Shown piece by piece: positions 22,005 through 32,752 of a DNA stretch of 64,000 bases. The DNA is from an uncultured Halanaerobiales bacterium (GTDB lineage Bacteria; Bacillota; Halanaerobiia; Halanaerobiales; M55B127). The notes under the pieces are model-generated. The model was not told the DNA's origin and made no database searches. It saw only the letters and a program-made list of their open reading frames with translations. A program made the position numbers and the translations under genes. The stretch is from assembly GCA_964526845.1 (NCBI GenBank), contig CAZGMM010000001.1, positions 1,970-65,969 on the forward strand, in the 5' to 3' direction. Numbering within the stretch: the first letter of the stretch is position 1; every line of letters begins with the position of its first letter.

Positions 22005-24051
22005 AACAAGTGAAGAGGAAATTAGGTATTTAAAAGGGGTAGGTCCTAAGTTTGAAAAGAGATTAAACAATCTGGGGATATACTCTTTAAAAGATCTATT
22101 TTACTACTTTCCCCGCGATTATGAAGACAGGGGAGATTTCAAGGAAATTAGATTTATTAGACCCGGTCAGGCGGTCAGTATCCAGGCTGAAGTATTAAAT
22201 AAGGAATTAATAAGACGCGGTAGATATAAATCTATCTTCAAGGTAACCTTTTCCGATGGGACAGATACAGTCATCTGTACCTGGTTTAATCAAGCCTACT
22301 TAAAAGATGTATTTGAAAAAGGTAAGAAGTTTAATCTTTATGGAGAATTAAATGAAAACAGTTACCATCAATATAATAAAAAAGAAATAGTAAATCCAGT
22401 TTATGAAGAAATCAAAGAAGACTCTCCAACCATTCATACTGGCAGGGTAGTACCTATTTATCCTCTAACAGAAGGAATAACTCAAAAAAGAATAAGGTAT
22501 ATAATATATCAGGCTTTGCAGAAATATTTAAAAAATCTCAATGATTTCTTGCCTGATTATATTATTGATAAGTATAATTATATTGAAATTAGAAATGCAA
22601 TCTTCAACATGCACTTTCCCCAGGATAGAAAGACCTTTGTCCAGGCCAGAAATAGGTTAGCCTTCCAGGAGCTCTTTCTATTTCAAATAGTGATGCTTAA
22701 AAGGAAGAAAGACTATCGAAAACAAAAGGGGATAAAGCACTCTAAGACAGCCGGGCTGATTGACGATTTTTTAAATCAACTGCATTTTGATTTAACTGAT
22801 GCACAGAAAAATGTCTGGCAGCAGATAAAAGTAGACATGGAGAATAAGCATCCTATGCAGAGATTACTGCAGGGGGATGTAGGTTCTGGAAAAACAATAG
22901 TTGCCGTCATGTCCCTAATAAAAACTATAAAAAGCGGTTACCAGGGGATTTTAATGGCCCCCACGGAAATTTTAGCCGATCAGCATTACATAAAAATTAA
23001 AAAGATACTAAAAAATTTTGATTATAATATTGAACTATTAATTGGTAGTATAAAAGGTAAAAAAAGAGAAGAAATTACAGATAAAATAAAAAATAGTGAG
23101 TCAGATTTAATAATTGGGACCCATGCCCTCTTTCAAAAAGATATTGATTATTCAAATATAGGATTAATTGTAATTGATGAACAGCATAGGTTCGGAGTTG
23201 AACAGAGGTATCAGTTAAAACAAAAAGGTGACAATCCCGACTTGTTAGTTATGACCGCCACGCCCATACCGAGATCTTTAGCCTTAACCCTTTATGGGGA
23301 TTTAGACCTCTCTATCATTGATGAAATGCCGCCCGGTCGGAAACCGGTTATCACAACCTGGCGCACCGAAAAAAGTCGTGGTAAGATATATAATTTTGTC
23401 AAAGATAAAATAGATGAGGGCGAACAAGTCTATGTGGTCTGTCCTTTAATTGAGCCTTCAGAAGATTTAGATGCATATTCAGTTGAAGAAATCAAAAAAA
23501 TGTTAGAAGAAACTTATTTATCTAATTATAGCATTAAAGCCATGCATGGTCAGCTCAGTAATGATGAGAAAAATAGGATAATGAGTGATTTTGTAAATCA
23601 AAAAATAGATGTCTTAATTTCTACAACTGTAATTGAAGTTGGTGTTGATGTTAAAACTGCCAATGTTATGGTTATTGAAAATGCAGAAAGATTCGGATTA
23701 GCGCAGCTCCACCAACTGAGGGGAAGGGTAGGCAGGAGTGAAAGTCAGGCCTACTGTATTATGATTGCCAACCCCAAGACAGAGGAAGCTAAAAAAAGGT
23801 TAGAAGTTATGACAGAGACCAATGATGGATTTAAAATATCGGAAGCAGATCTTGAAATAAGAGGTCCGGGTGAATTTTTTGGCACAAAACAACATGGAGT
23901 TACTGATTTACAGGTAGCTGATATCTTAAAGGATACCAAGATTTTGGCCAAAGCTAACCGGGAAGCAAATGAATTAACCAATCAAAAAGATTGGGCCTTA
24001 AAATATGATAAGTTAGCTGAAAAGTTAAAGGAACTAGAAATAATTATTTAG
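21997..24051 (+). CDS. recG: ATP-dependent DNA helicase RecG
   Basis: GDVGSGKT and DEQHRFG motifs, 684 aa. Confidence 0.95.
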   Translation: MSKTSEEEIRYLKGVGPKFEKRLNNLGIYSLKDLFYYFPRDYEDRGDFKEIRFIRPGQAVSIQAEVLNKELIRRGRYKSIFKVTFSDGTDTVICTWFNQAYLKDVFEKGKKFNLYGELNENSYHQYNKKEIVNPVYEEIKEDSPTIHTGRVVPIYPLTEGITQKRIRYIIYQALQKYLKNLNDFLPDYIIDKYNYIEIRNAIFNMHFPQDRKTFVQARNRLAFQELFLFQIVMLKRKKDYRKQKGIKHSKTAGLIDDFLNQLHFDLTDAQKNVWQQIKVDMENKHPMQRLLQGDVGSGKTIVAVMSLIKTIKSGYQGILMAPTEILADQHYIKIKKILKNFDYNIELLIGSIKGKKREEITDKIKNSESDLIIGTHALFQKDIDYSNIGLIVIDEQHRFGVEQRYQLKQKGDNPDLLVMTATPIPRSLALTLYGDLDLSIIDEMPPGRKPVITTWRTEKSRGKIYNFVKDKIDEGEQVYVVCPLIEPSEDLDAYSVEEIKKMLEETYLSNYSIKAMHGQLSNDEKNRIMSDFVNQKIDVLISTTVIEVGVDVKTANVMVIENAERFGLAQLHQLRGRVGRSESQAYCIMIANPKTEEAKKRLEVMTETNDGFKISEADLEIRGPGEFFGTKQHGVTDLQVADILKDTKILAKANREANELTNQKDWALKYDKLAEKLKELEIII

Positions 24052-24065
24052 GTAGGGATTTTCAA

Positions 24066-24611
24066 ATGAGAGTAATTGCGGGCAAAGCAGGTGGAATTAG
24101 ATTAAAAAGCATAGATACCAAAGAAGTTAGACCTACCTTAGATAGGGTTAAGGAAGCTGTATTTAGTATGATTTTACCATATTTCCCTTTCGAGGAGGGT
24201 TTAGATTTATTTGCTGGGTTTGGCAGCTTGGGATTAGAAGCGTCCAGTCGCGGCACAAAGCATGTTACTTTTATCGAAAAGAACAGACGATATGCTGATA
24301 TTATTAGAGAAAATATTAAAAAATGCGGGTTTGAAGAGAGCTGTGATGTAATGACAGAAAATGTTTTCACCTATACTCAAACCGTTAATAAAAAGCATGA
24401 CATAGTATTTTTAGATCCACCCTATAAAAATAATATGGTTAATAAGACACTCCGTTCCCTAATTAATAATGAGTTGTTAAGGGCAGGAGCCTTGATTATA
24501 GTGGAGCATCATAGGGATGAAGAGATTGATGAATTTAAAGAATTTAAAATTTTAAAGGATAGAAATTACAATGAAACAGTAATTAAAGTATATTTTTATG
24601 AGGGGGAATAG
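24066..24611 (+). CDS. rsmD: 16S rRNA (guanine966-N2)-methyltransferase
   Basis: FLDPPY motif, 181 aa, in the rsmD-coaD pair. Confidence 0.9.
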   Translation: MRVIAGKAGGIRLKSIDTKEVRPTLDRVKEAVFSMILPYFPFEEGLDLFAGFGSLGLEASSRGTKHVTFIEKNRRYADIIRENIKKCGFEESCDVMTENVFTYTQTVNKKHDIVFLDPPYKNNMVNKTLRSLINNELLRAGALIIVEHHRDEEIDEFKEFKILKDRNYNETVIKVYFYEGE

Positions 24612-24614
24612 TAT

Positions 24615-25100
24615 ATGTTAGATAGGGTTGTATATCCAGGTAGTTTTGATCCGGTTACAAAAGGACATCTAAATATAATAAAAAGAGCATCCAATATTTT
24701 TGATGAAGTAATTGTAGCGGTGTTCCAAAATCCCAATAAAGACCCCATTTTTTCTATGGAAGAAAGGGTTCGTCTTTTAAAGGAAACCACCAATGATATT
24801 AACAGTGTTAAAATCGATTCCTTTACTGGACTTACCACCAAATATGTAAAATCAAAAAATGCCTGTGCAATCATAAGGGGATTAAGGGCCGTATCTGATT
24901 TTGAAGGTGAATTCCAGATGGCCTCCATGAATAAAGAATTGGACCCTGAAATCGAAACTATATTTTTAATGACAGATTCTAAATATGCTTTCTTAAGTTC
25001 CAGTATTGTCAAAGAAGTAGCCCAATTTGGCGGGGAAATGGACAATGTTGTTCCCAAACCGGTAAAAAAAGCCCTACTAGAAAAATATGGTACAGAGTAA
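24615..25100 (+). CDS. coaD: Phosphopantetheine adenylyltransferase
   Basis: [12 protein letters not shown] motif, 161 aa. Confidence 0.95.
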   Translation: MLDRVVYPGSFDPVTKGHLNIIKRASNIFDEVIVAVFQNPNKDPIFSMEERVRLLKETTNDINSVKIDSFTGLTTKYVKSKNACAIIRGLRAVSDFEGEFQMASMNKELDPEIETIFLMTDSKYAFLSSSIVKEVAQFGGEMDNVVPKPVKKALLEKYGTE

Positions 25101-25129
25101 TACATACTTAAAGAAGGAGTGGATAGAAT

Positions 25130-26143
25130 ATGAGGAAAGACAAATTAACCAAAGGAATAGGTATCTTAATTGTATTATTTATAATTATTAACTTCATACC
25201 CACTCCCTATTATGTGATGTCACCCGGGATTGCAGAGGAGTTAGGACCTATCATTACAGTTGAAGATGGTCATAAAACTAATATTAAAGGAAGTTTCTTA
25301 TTAACAGCGGTAGGAAGTCAAAAAGCTACGGTCTGGGATTATATATATGTTAAAACTTTTAATCCGCCCGGCTTTGAACTTGAAATACTATCTGAACAGC
25401 TGCCGGAAGGTATAGATATGGAAAAATATCTACAGATGATGTCTGATTTGATGGAAGAAAGTAAGATGACCGCAGAGGCGGTTGCATTAAGAAAGTTAGG
25501 ATATGAGGTTAAAGTACAGGGGGAAGGCGTAGAAATAATAGAAGTTTTGGAAGCGAGTCAAGCTTATAATGAATTAAAAAATGGAGATATAATAAAAAGT
25601 ATAGATGGTCAGAAAGTCGAGATTGCCTCGGAAGCAGTTGATATTATTAGAAACAGAGAAGTAGGCGATAAGGTTAATATTGAAGTTATAAGAGATAATG
25701 AGAGACGAGCCTTTACGATTGAAACTATTGAACTGCCCGAAAGCCCGGGCAAACCTTCTATCGGGATCTTAATCCGTACCAAAAATTTAGATTATGAATT
25801 TCCCATTCAGGTAAGTTATGATACCGGTAATATAGTGGGACCTTCTGCCGGCGGTATGTTCGCTTTAGAAATCTATAACCAGTTAGTGGAAGAAGATTTA
25901 ACAGACGGAAAGCGAATAGCCGGTACAGGAACTATCAATTTAGAAGGTGAAATTGGCCAAATAGACGGCATAGTTCAAAAAATTATAGCAGCAGAGAGTG
26001 CAAAAGCAGAAATATTTATTGTGCCACAAGAAAACTATGAAAAGGCTAAAACTGTGGAGACAGATTTAAAATTGGTCCCAGTAGAAACCTTTGATGATGC
26101 AATTGAATTTTTAAAATCTCAAAATTTAGATAAAGCAGCCTAA
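25130..26143 (+). CDS. YlbL-like membrane-anchored PDZ / Lon-type S16 serine protease
   Basis: N-terminal transmembrane helix, a central PDZ-like region, and GPSAGGMF (Lon Ser motif). Confidence 0.8.
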   Translation: MRKDKLTKGIGILIVLFIIINFIPTPYYVMSPGIAEELGPIITVEDGHKTNIKGSFLLTAVGSQKATVWDYIYVKTFNPPGFELEILSEQLPEGIDMEKYLQMMSDLMEESKMTAEAVALRKLGYEVKVQGEGVEIIEVLEASQAYNELKNGDIIKSIDGQKVEIASEAVDIIRNREVGDKVNIEVIRDNERRAFTIETIELPESPGKPSIGILIRTKNLDYEFPIQVSYDTGNIVGPSAGGMFALEIYNQLVEEDLTDGKRIAGTGTINLEGEIGQIDGIVQKIIAAESAKAEIFIVPQENYEKAKTVETDLKLVPVETFDDAIEFLKSQNLDKAA

Positions 26144-27411
26144 AAATATTTAATCACCTTTTTAGTGAAGTCCAGATTAGCCTTTCTATAACTGGCGTTC
26201 TGGTATAAAAGGTTATAAACATTAGTTGCATAGATATCCAAACTAAGTGAATTTTTTAAAAGATTATCAGAATCAAAAGTTAAATTATTAAGATGATCAG
26301 AGGGATTAATAATAATGGGGAGGTTAGATTTTTTACTCATTTTTGATAATAGGTCTTTACCTTTTTGATTAAAGCCCAGGATTCTAATATAAGATGGCCC
26401 TTTATAATCATGATTATTTATGATATCTTTATTAATGTCGAATAATATATTTAGTAAAACCCTTTGAAATCTAGTTTTTGTATATGAGCGAGTATTTATG
26501 GAAGCCATCAACTGTTTATAATTACCGCTATTATTAGCGGCATTTTTGATGCGAACTGCTAAATCTTGATTTATATCATGTATTTTCGCAAGCTGTACAA
26601 TATTTAATTTTCTTATTTTAGCAAGCAGGATTAGACCTAAATTTCCTTTTTTAATAGGTATTTTATTATCGGCTATTTCTTTTTTTAAAATTTTATAAGT
26701 GGTGGCAGGAATTTTTTCTTTTATACTATCTAATTCATTATCGTTGAGAGAATTTCTTATAGCTGTAGCACTTACATAGTGATCTGTTTTTTCTTCAGAA
26801 TAATATTTTTGGCCGACCCTTTTTATTGTATCTACTTTCAAATTTAAATTTAATCTTTGTTTGGCTTTTAGGTATTCAATACCTAAAATATTATTGGAAC
26901 CATTTAAGATCGCGAATATATTATGCTTTGACCAGTATTCACTATCATTTTTTAATTTTACTAAATCGAGTAAGGCATTTTTACGGGCGGCCGGGAAACC
27001 GGATCCTTCTTTTAAATAGTTTTTCAATCTTTGCTCATAATACTGATTATTTTCTAACAAAAGGGAAGCTATGTTTTTTAAGATATCGATATCACCATGT
27101 TCACTGCCAAATACTACGTTGTCAACCAAATTGGTTTGAGCCAGCAGCTGCATGGCTGATTGGGCGAAATATTCCGCACTGCGGATGCTAAAGCACAACG
27201 GCAGCTCTATTAAGAGATCTACACCATTTTCTAGTGCCATTTTGGTCCGATTCCATTTATCACAGACAGCCGGGGTGCCCCGTTGTGTAAAATGGCCGGA
27301 CATTACCGCAATAATATAATCAGAGTTTGTAATTTCCCTTGCTTTATTGATATGATATTGATGTCCCTTGTGAAAGGGGTTGTATTCTACAATAATGCCT
27401 GTTACTTTCAT
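26140..27411 (-). CDS. tmcAL: tRNA(Met) cytidine acetate ligase (YlbM/TmcAL-type nucleotidyltransferase)
   Basis: EYNPFHKGH (HxGH) motif. I prefer the ATG at 27411, preceded by AAAGGTGG. Its stop overlaps the convergent ylbL stop. Confidence 0.8.
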   Translation of the reverse strand: MKVTGIIVEYNPFHKGHQYHINKAREITNSDYIIAVMSGHFTQRGTPAVCDKWNRTKMALENGVDLLIELPLCFSIRSAEYFAQSAMQLLAQTNLVDNVVFGSEHGDIDILKNIASLLLENNQYYEQRLKNYLKEGSGFPAARKNALLDLVKLKNDSEYWSKHNIFAILNGSNNILGIEYLKAKQRLNLNLKVDTIKRVGQKYYSEEKTDHYVSATAIRNSLNDNELDSIKEKIPATTYKILKKEIADNKIPIKKGNLGLILLAKIRKLNIVQLAKIHDINQDLAVRIKNAANNSGNYKQLMASINTRSYTKTRFQRVLLNILFDINKDIINNHDYKGPSYIRILGFNQKGKDLLSKMSKKSNLPIIINPSDHLNNLTFDSDNLLKNSLSLDIYATNVYNLLYQNASYRKANLDFTKKVIKYF

Positions 27412-27555
27412 TTTAACCACCTTTTGTTAAAATTTAATAGTTTCAATAATATATTATCAGAAAATATCCATAATAACAAAGTCTAATTTATATTAAATTT
27501 ACATATAGAATTTCACACATTATTGTAATATAATACTAACTGAGGAGTGATATAA

Positions 27556-28554
27556 ATGGATGTAATGAAGGAATTTAAAAACAAAGCGCGAGAAAGTAAA
27601 AAAACGATAGTTTTACCGGAAGGTTATGAACCTAGAATGATTAAGGCTCTTCCTAAAATAAAAGGAGAAAATCTTGCCGATATTATTTTGCTGGGGGAAG
27701 AAGATAAAATAAGAGAAATTGCCGAGCAAGAACAAGTTCAACTTCCCGATGTTCAAATTATTAATCCGGCAAAATCAGATCTGAAAGATGATTTTGCAGA
27801 TGAATTTTATGAGTTGCGTAAACATAAAGGGATAAGTAGGGACGATGCTTTAGATAAAATAGTTAACCCTTTATACTTTGGTGTAATGTTAGTACATACT
27901 GAAAAAGCGGATGGGATGGTAGCTGGTTCTATTAATGCTACGGGAGATGTCTTAAGACCTGCTTTACAAATTGTAAAAACAAAAGAAAATATTTCGGTTG
28001 TTTCAGGCGCCATGATTATGGATGTGCCTGATACTGAATATGGCCATAAAGGAATATTTATTTTTTCCGATGTAGCCGTTAATCCGAACCCGGATGCAAA
28101 ACAGTTAGCTGAAATTGCAGTTTCTTCTGCCGATACAGCTAGTCTATTACCCGGCCTGGATCCAGTAGTTGCAATGCTTTCCTTTTCAACTAAAGGTAGT
28201 GCTAAACATGAACTGGCCGATAAGGTCATTGAAGCTACCGGGCTGGCCCAAAAAATGGCACCCGAACTTCCGATCGATGGAGAAATGCAGGCTGACGCTG
28301 CATTAGTACCAGAAGTAGGGGAGCAAAAATCACCTGATAGTGATGTGGCCGGTCGAGCAAATGTTTTAGTATTTCCAGACCTACAGGCTGGAAATATTGG
28401 ATATAAATTAGTGCAGAGATTAGCCAAGGCAAGTGCAATTGGGCCTATCTTACAGGGCATGGCTAAACCTGTCAATGATCTTTCCAGAGGTTGTTCAGTG
28501 GAAGATATTGTAAATGTAGTAGCAATTACTGCAGCACAAGCTCAAAATCTTTAA
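27556..28554 (+). CDS. pta: Phosphate acetyltransferase
   Basis: 332 aa with short-form Pta pattern, directly upstream of ackA. Confidence 0.93.
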   Translation: MDVMKEFKNKARESKKTIVLPEGYEPRMIKALPKIKGENLADIILLGEEDKIREIAEQEQVQLPDVQIINPAKSDLKDDFADEFYELRKHKGISRDDALDKIVNPLYFGVMLVHTEKADGMVAGSINATGDVLRPALQIVKTKENISVVSGAMIMDVPDTEYGHKGIFIFSDVAVNPNPDAKQLAEIAVSSADTASLLPGLDPVVAMLSFSTKGSAKHELADKVIEATGLAQKMAPELPIDGEMQADAALVPEVGEQKSPDSDVAGRANVLVFPDLQAGNIGYKLVQRLAKASAIGPILQGMAKPVNDLSRGCSVEDIVNVVAITAAQAQNL

Positions 28555-28584
28555 AAAAATTAAATCAATAGGGGGAATAAAACA

Positions 28585-29784
28585 ATGAAAGTTTTAGTAT
28601 TAAACAGTGGTAGTTCATCTATTAAATTTCAACTATTTAATATGGAAGAAGAGAGAGTTTTAGCTAAAGGACTTGTAGAAAGAATTGGAATCGAAGATTC
28701 AGCTATTGAATATGAAAACGACAATGGTCAGGAAGTAGAAAAAGATATCGATATTGCCAACCATAAAGAAGGAATTGAACATGTAATAGAAATTCTTTTA
28801 GATCCTGAAGTAGGAGTTTTAGAGGATATTGATGAAATTAATGCTGTCGGTCATAGAGTGGTCCACGGGGGAGAAAAATTTGCCCAGTCCACATTGATCA
28901 CAGATGAAGTTATTGAAAAGATCGAAGAGGTTACTCCTTTGGCACCCTTACATAATCCTCACAATCTATCAGGGATTAAGGTTTGTAAAGAGTTGTTACC
29001 AGGTAAACCTCAGGTTGGTGTTTTTGATACTGCTTTCCATCAAACAATGCCGGAAGAAGCATATATCTATGCGATCCCTTATGAATATTATGAAGATTAT
29101 GGAGTAAGACGTTATGGTTTCCATGGTACTTCTCATAAATATGTTTCAAATAGATGTGCAGAATTGATGGACAAAGATGCTGAAGATACAAAGATTATCA
29201 CCTGTCACTTGGGTAATGGAGCATCAATCGCAGCCGTTGATGGAGGAGATTCTGTAGATACCAGTATGGGTATGACACCTTTAGAAGGATTAGTAATGGG
29301 CACCAGAAGTGGTGACATTGATCCCGCAATAATTCCTTTCTTAATGGAAAAAGAAGACCTTGACACAAAAGAGATAGATAATATCTTAAATAAAGAAAGC
29401 GGCTTATTAGGAGTTTCCGGTGTAAGTAATGACTCCCGTGATGTAAGACAAGCTGCTGATAATGGTAACCATAGAGCCGCCCTGGCCGATAAAGTATTTA
29501 ACTATAGAGTACGTAAATATATTGGAGCCTATATGGCTGCTTTAAATGGTGTTGATGCAATTGTATTTACCGGTGGTATTGGTGAAAATGCTGGTGGGGT
29601 AAGAGAACACATTCTTGAGAAAATGGATAATCTAGGTATCGACTTAGATACTCAGGCGAATAAAGTTAGAGGAGAAGAGAAAGAGATTACAACACCTGAA
29701 TCAGATATTAAGGTATTTGTAATTCCTACCAATGAAGAGTTAGTTATTGCGAGAGATACCAAAGAAATAGTAGAAAATCAATAA
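28585..29784 (+). CDS. ackA: Acetate kinase
   Basis: MKVLVLNSGSSSIKFQLF N-terminus, 399 aa. Confidence 0.96.
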   Translation: MKVLVLNSGSSSIKFQLFNMEEERVLAKGLVERIGIEDSAIEYENDNGQEVEKDIDIANHKEGIEHVIEILLDPEVGVLEDIDEINAVGHRVVHGGEKFAQSTLITDEVIEKIEEVTPLAPLHNPHNLSGIKVCKELLPGKPQVGVFDTAFHQTMPEEAYIYAIPYEYYEDYGVRRYGFHGTSHKYVSNRCAELMDKDAEDTKIITCHLGNGASIAAVDGGDSVDTSMGMTPLEGLVMGTRSGDIDPAIIPFLMEKEDLDTKEIDNILNKESGLLGVSGVSNDSRDVRQAADNGNHRAALADKVFNYRVRKYIGAYMAALNGVDAIVFTGGIGENAGGVREHILEKMDNLGIDLDTQANKVRGEEKEITTPESDIKVFVIPTNEELVIARDTKEIVENQ

Positions 29785-29789
29785 ATTAC

Positions 29790-29819
29790 TTGACAATGAT
29801 TTATGAAATTTTATATAAT
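29790..29819 (+). promoter_or_regulatory. Strong sigma-A type promoter for yceD-rpmF
   Basis: TTGACA (29790-29795), 18-nt spacer, TATAAT (29814-29819). Confidence 0.65.
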
Positions 29820-29851
29820 TAACTCTGGTTAACATACAGAGGTGAAGAAAA

Positions 29852-30322
29852 GTGATTTTAGATCTTAGTGATTTAATGGAAGTAGGGAGTAAGAGGGAGT
29901 ATGTAAAAGAACTTGATATTGATCATATAGACTTTCGGAATAAGGAAATTGAAATTGAAGGTCCTTTAAAAGTTAATTTAGATGTATTAAAAGCAGAAAA
30001 TTCATTTGTATTAACCGGACAAATTGAAGGTAACTTGATCTTAGAGTGCAGCAGATGTCTCAAAGAATTTTCTTATCCAATCGAAGTTGAAATCAGCGAT
30101 GAGTTATTTATTGAAGATATTGAGGATTTACACAATGTTAATGTTTTTCCAATCTTGGTAAGTGATATTATCTTAGAGATTCCAATCAAGCCCCTTCATG
30201 ATGAAGACTGTAAAGGCCTTTGCTCAGTATGTGGGCAAGACTTAAATGAAGGTGAATGTGATTGTGAAGAAGAGATAGTTGACCCGAGGCTGGCTAAACT
30301 AAAAGATTTCAAACAAAAATAG
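29852..30322 (+). CDS. yceD: DUF177 (YceD-like) protein
   Basis: CSRC...CKGLCSVCGQDLNEGECDC Cys motifs, conserved upstream of rpmF. GTG start. Confidence 0.85.
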   Translation: MILDLSDLMEVGSKREYVKELDIDHIDFRNKEIEIEGPLKVNLDVLKAENSFVLTGQIEGNLILECSRCLKEFSYPIEVEISDELFIEDIEDLHNVNVFPILVSDIILEIPIKPLHDEDCKGLCSVCGQDLNEGECDCEEEIVDPRLAKLKDFKQK

Positions 30323-30347
30323 AAGAAAGAATGGGAGGTGTTAGGAT

Positions 30348-30521
30348 ATGGCGGTTCCAAAGAAACGAACTTCTAAATCCAGAAAGAGAAAACGTCGCAC
30401 TCACTGGAAATTAAAATCTCCAAATTTAGTAGAGTGTCCGGAATGTAATGAATTAATATTATCACACCGAGCATGTCCAAGCTGCGGATATTATAAAGGT
30501 GAAAAAGTAATTAACACTTAA
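30348..30521 (+). CDS. rpmF: 50S ribosomal protein L32 (not in the ORF track, 57 aa)
   Basis: My own translation gives [23 protein letters not shown]...[33 protein letters not shown]. Confidence 0.93.
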   Translation: MAVPKKRTSKSRKRKRRTHWKLKSPNLVECPECNELILSHRACPSCGYYKGEKVINT

Positions 30522-30530
30522 GTCAAATCA

Positions 30531-30567
30531 AGGTAGGTCTAGCTAAAAAGGACCTGCCTTTTTTTAT
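30531..30567 (+). terminator. Rho-independent terminator after rpmF
   Basis: AGGTAGGTC / GACCTGCCT stem (one G-U pair) followed by T7. Confidence 0.7.
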
Positions 30568-30647
30568 TATACATAAAAAAATTTAGTAATTAAGTAGGAA
30601 TATTAATTTAAATATATAATATATAATTATAGTCCAGAAAGAAGGAG

Positions 30648-31655
30648 ATGATGGTTTTGAAAATAGCAGTAGATGCGATGGGCGGTGACAAAGCTCCCGA
30701 AGAAATTATTAAGGGGGTTGTCAAAGCTGTAAATGAATTCAAAGATATTAAATGCATTTTAACCGGTAAAGAAAATAAGATAAACAGTATATTAGAACAA
30801 TTAAATTATAATAAGGAATCTGTTGAAGTTGTTGATGCAAAACAAACTGTATCAATGGCAGATAAACCATCAAAGGTTCTCCGCAGAAAAAAAGATTCTT
30901 CTTTAGTAGTTGGGACTAACTTAGTAAAAGAAAATAAGGCAGATGCCTTGATCTCAGCCGGTAATACGGGGGCAGTCATGGCAGCTGGTATATTTAATAT
31001 AGGCCGGGTTTCAGAAGTAAAAAGACCTCCTATAGCAACTGTATTTCCTTCTAAAATAGGGAAGACGGTTGTCTTAGATGCAGGGGCAAATGTTGACTCT
31101 AAACCTCAACATCTGATACAATTTGCAATAATGGGTCAAATATATGCAGAACAGGTATTGAATATAAATAATCCGAGAGTGGGGCTTTTAAGTATAGGTG
31201 AAGAAAAAGAAAAGGGTAACAAATTAAATGCTGAATCCTATGAATTAATGGAGGAAGAAGACAGAATAGATAACTTTATAGGGAATGTAGAAGGTAGAGA
31301 TATTTTTAACGGAAGCTGTGATGTAATTGTTTGTGATGGTTTTGTAGGCAATATTGTTTTGAAAACCACGGAAGGTGTAGCTTCCTATGTATTTGATTTA
31401 TTAAAAGATACCCTAACCAGTAACTTAAAGGCAAAAATTGGAGCCCTTCTTTTAAAAGATGAATTAAAAAAGATGAAAGATAAAGTTGACTATAGACAGT
31501 ACGGAGGAGCCCCTTTATTGGGTCTTAACGGGCTTGTAATAATAAGCCATGGTAGTTCCGATGAAAAGGCAATATATGGGGCTATAAAGGTCGCTAGAGA
31601 AGCAGTTAAAAATAATGTGGTAGAAATAATTGAAAGTAAACTTGAAACTGAATAA
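30648..31655 (+). CDS. plsX: Phosphate acyltransferase PlsX
   Basis: KIAVDAMGGD N-terminus, 335 aa. Confidence 0.95.
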   Translation: MMVLKIAVDAMGGDKAPEEIIKGVVKAVNEFKDIKCILTGKENKINSILEQLNYNKESVEVVDAKQTVSMADKPSKVLRRKKDSSLVVGTNLVKENKADALISAGNTGAVMAAGIFNIGRVSEVKRPPIATVFPSKIGKTVVLDAGANVDSKPQHLIQFAIMGQIYAEQVLNINNPRVGLLSIGEEKEKGNKLNAESYELMEEEDRIDNFIGNVEGRDIFNGSCDVIVCDGFVGNIVLKTTEGVASYVFDLLKDTLTSNLKAKIGALLLKDELKKMKDKVDYRQYGGAPLLGLNGLVIISHGSSDEKAIYGAIKVAREAVKNNVVEIIESKLETE

Positions 31656-31673
31656 ATTAAACGGGAGTGAATA

Positions 31674-32627
31674 ATGATGTATCTTGATACCAGAATATGT
31701 GATTTATTTGATATAAAACATCCAATTTTACAGGGGGGTATGGCCTGGGTAGCCACAGGAGAGCTGGCTGCTGCAGTATCTAAGGCCGGCGGCTTGGGTA
31801 TTATTGGAGCTGGAAATGCTCCCAAAAATGTAATAAAAGAAGAAATTAAAAAAGTAAAAGATGTTACAGATAACAACTTTGCAGTTAATATTATGCTTTT
31901 ATCTCCTTTTGTTGATGATATAGTAGATTTAGTAATTGAAGAAGAGGTGCCTGTAGTAACTACAGGAGCTGGTAATCCCGGTAAATATATAAAAAGGTTT
32001 AAAGCCAATAATATTAAAGTGGTGCCTGTTGTTTCTTCTGTCGCCCTTGCTAAAAGGCTAGTGAGATCAGGGGTTGATGCAGTCATAGCAGAAGGAATGG
32101 AAGCAGGCGGTCATATTGGTGATTTAACTACTATGACAATGATACCGCAACTTGTAGATGCAATTGATGTGCCTGTGATTGCAGCAGGTGGTATTGCCGA
32201 TGGTAGGGGCTTAGCAGCCGTCTTATCTTTAGGAGCAGCCGGAGTACAGATGGGAACTAGATTCGTATGTGCCGAAGAATGTACAGCCCATGAAAAATAT
32301 AAGAAAGCCATTATTTCTGCAAGAGATAGGGATGCAGTGGTAACCGGTCGTAGCACCGGTCATCCGGTCCGAAATTTAAAAAACAAATTAACCCGAAAAA
32401 TAGATAATATGGAAAAAGAAGGTGTCGATAAAGAAACAATTGAAGAAATGGGTTCTGGTAAATTAAGAGAAGCAGTTCGGGAAGGTAACATAGATACTGG
32501 TAGTGTTATGGCAGGACAGATTGCTGGAATGATAGATGAGAGTAAGTCGGTCCAAGAAATTATAGATGATATTATAAACGAAACAATTGAAATTATAAAT
32601 AAAAACAAAGATTATATAAGAGAATAA
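31674..32627 (+). CDS. fabK: Enoyl-ACP reductase II (FMN, NMO family)
   Basis: PILQGGMAWV...GGLGIIGAG pattern, located in the fab cluster. Confidence 0.85.
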   Translation: MMYLDTRICDLFDIKHPILQGGMAWVATGELAAAVSKAGGLGIIGAGNAPKNVIKEEIKKVKDVTDNNFAVNIMLLSPFVDDIVDLVIEEEVPVVTTGAGNPGKYIKRFKANNIKVVPVVSSVALAKRLVRSGVDAVIAEGMEAGGHIGDLTTMTMIPQLVDAIDVPVIAAGGIADGRGLAAVLSLGAAGVQMGTRFVCAEECTAHEKYKKAIISARDRDAVVTGRSTGHPVRNLKNKLTRKIDNMEKEGVDKETIEEMGSGKLREAVREGNIDTGSVMAGQIAGMIDESKSVQEIIDDIINETIEIINKNKDYIRE

Positions 32628-32752
32628 TATTCTCTTTTCTGATATAAAATTTTGTGGTTAAATTAAAGGAGGTTGATAAGGGCAAAAACAGGTGGTCGTT
32701 GAGGTCTTTTTTTAAACAATTATCAAAGCAAGCAAGAAAGGTGGATATATAA

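Noticed and set aside
27807-28475. A 222-aa minus-strand ORF within pta. Similar antisense ORFs occur at 7883-8305, 17859-18266, 24596-25105, 31490-32086, 32593-33024, 43873-44232, 50044-50442, 51743-52132 and 58870-59424.
   Set aside because: Each is embedded in a strongly supported sense gene and lacks both a start context and family motifs. I treat them as spurious.
32628-32752. An SD-like AAAGGAGG followed by a 9-codon mini-ORF (TTG...TGA) and a T7 tract between fabK and fabH, considered as a possible leader peptide or attenuator.
   Set aside because: No convincing stem precedes the T tract, the mini-ORF has no recognisable regulatory codon pattern, and the spacing fits chance in AT-rich sequence.
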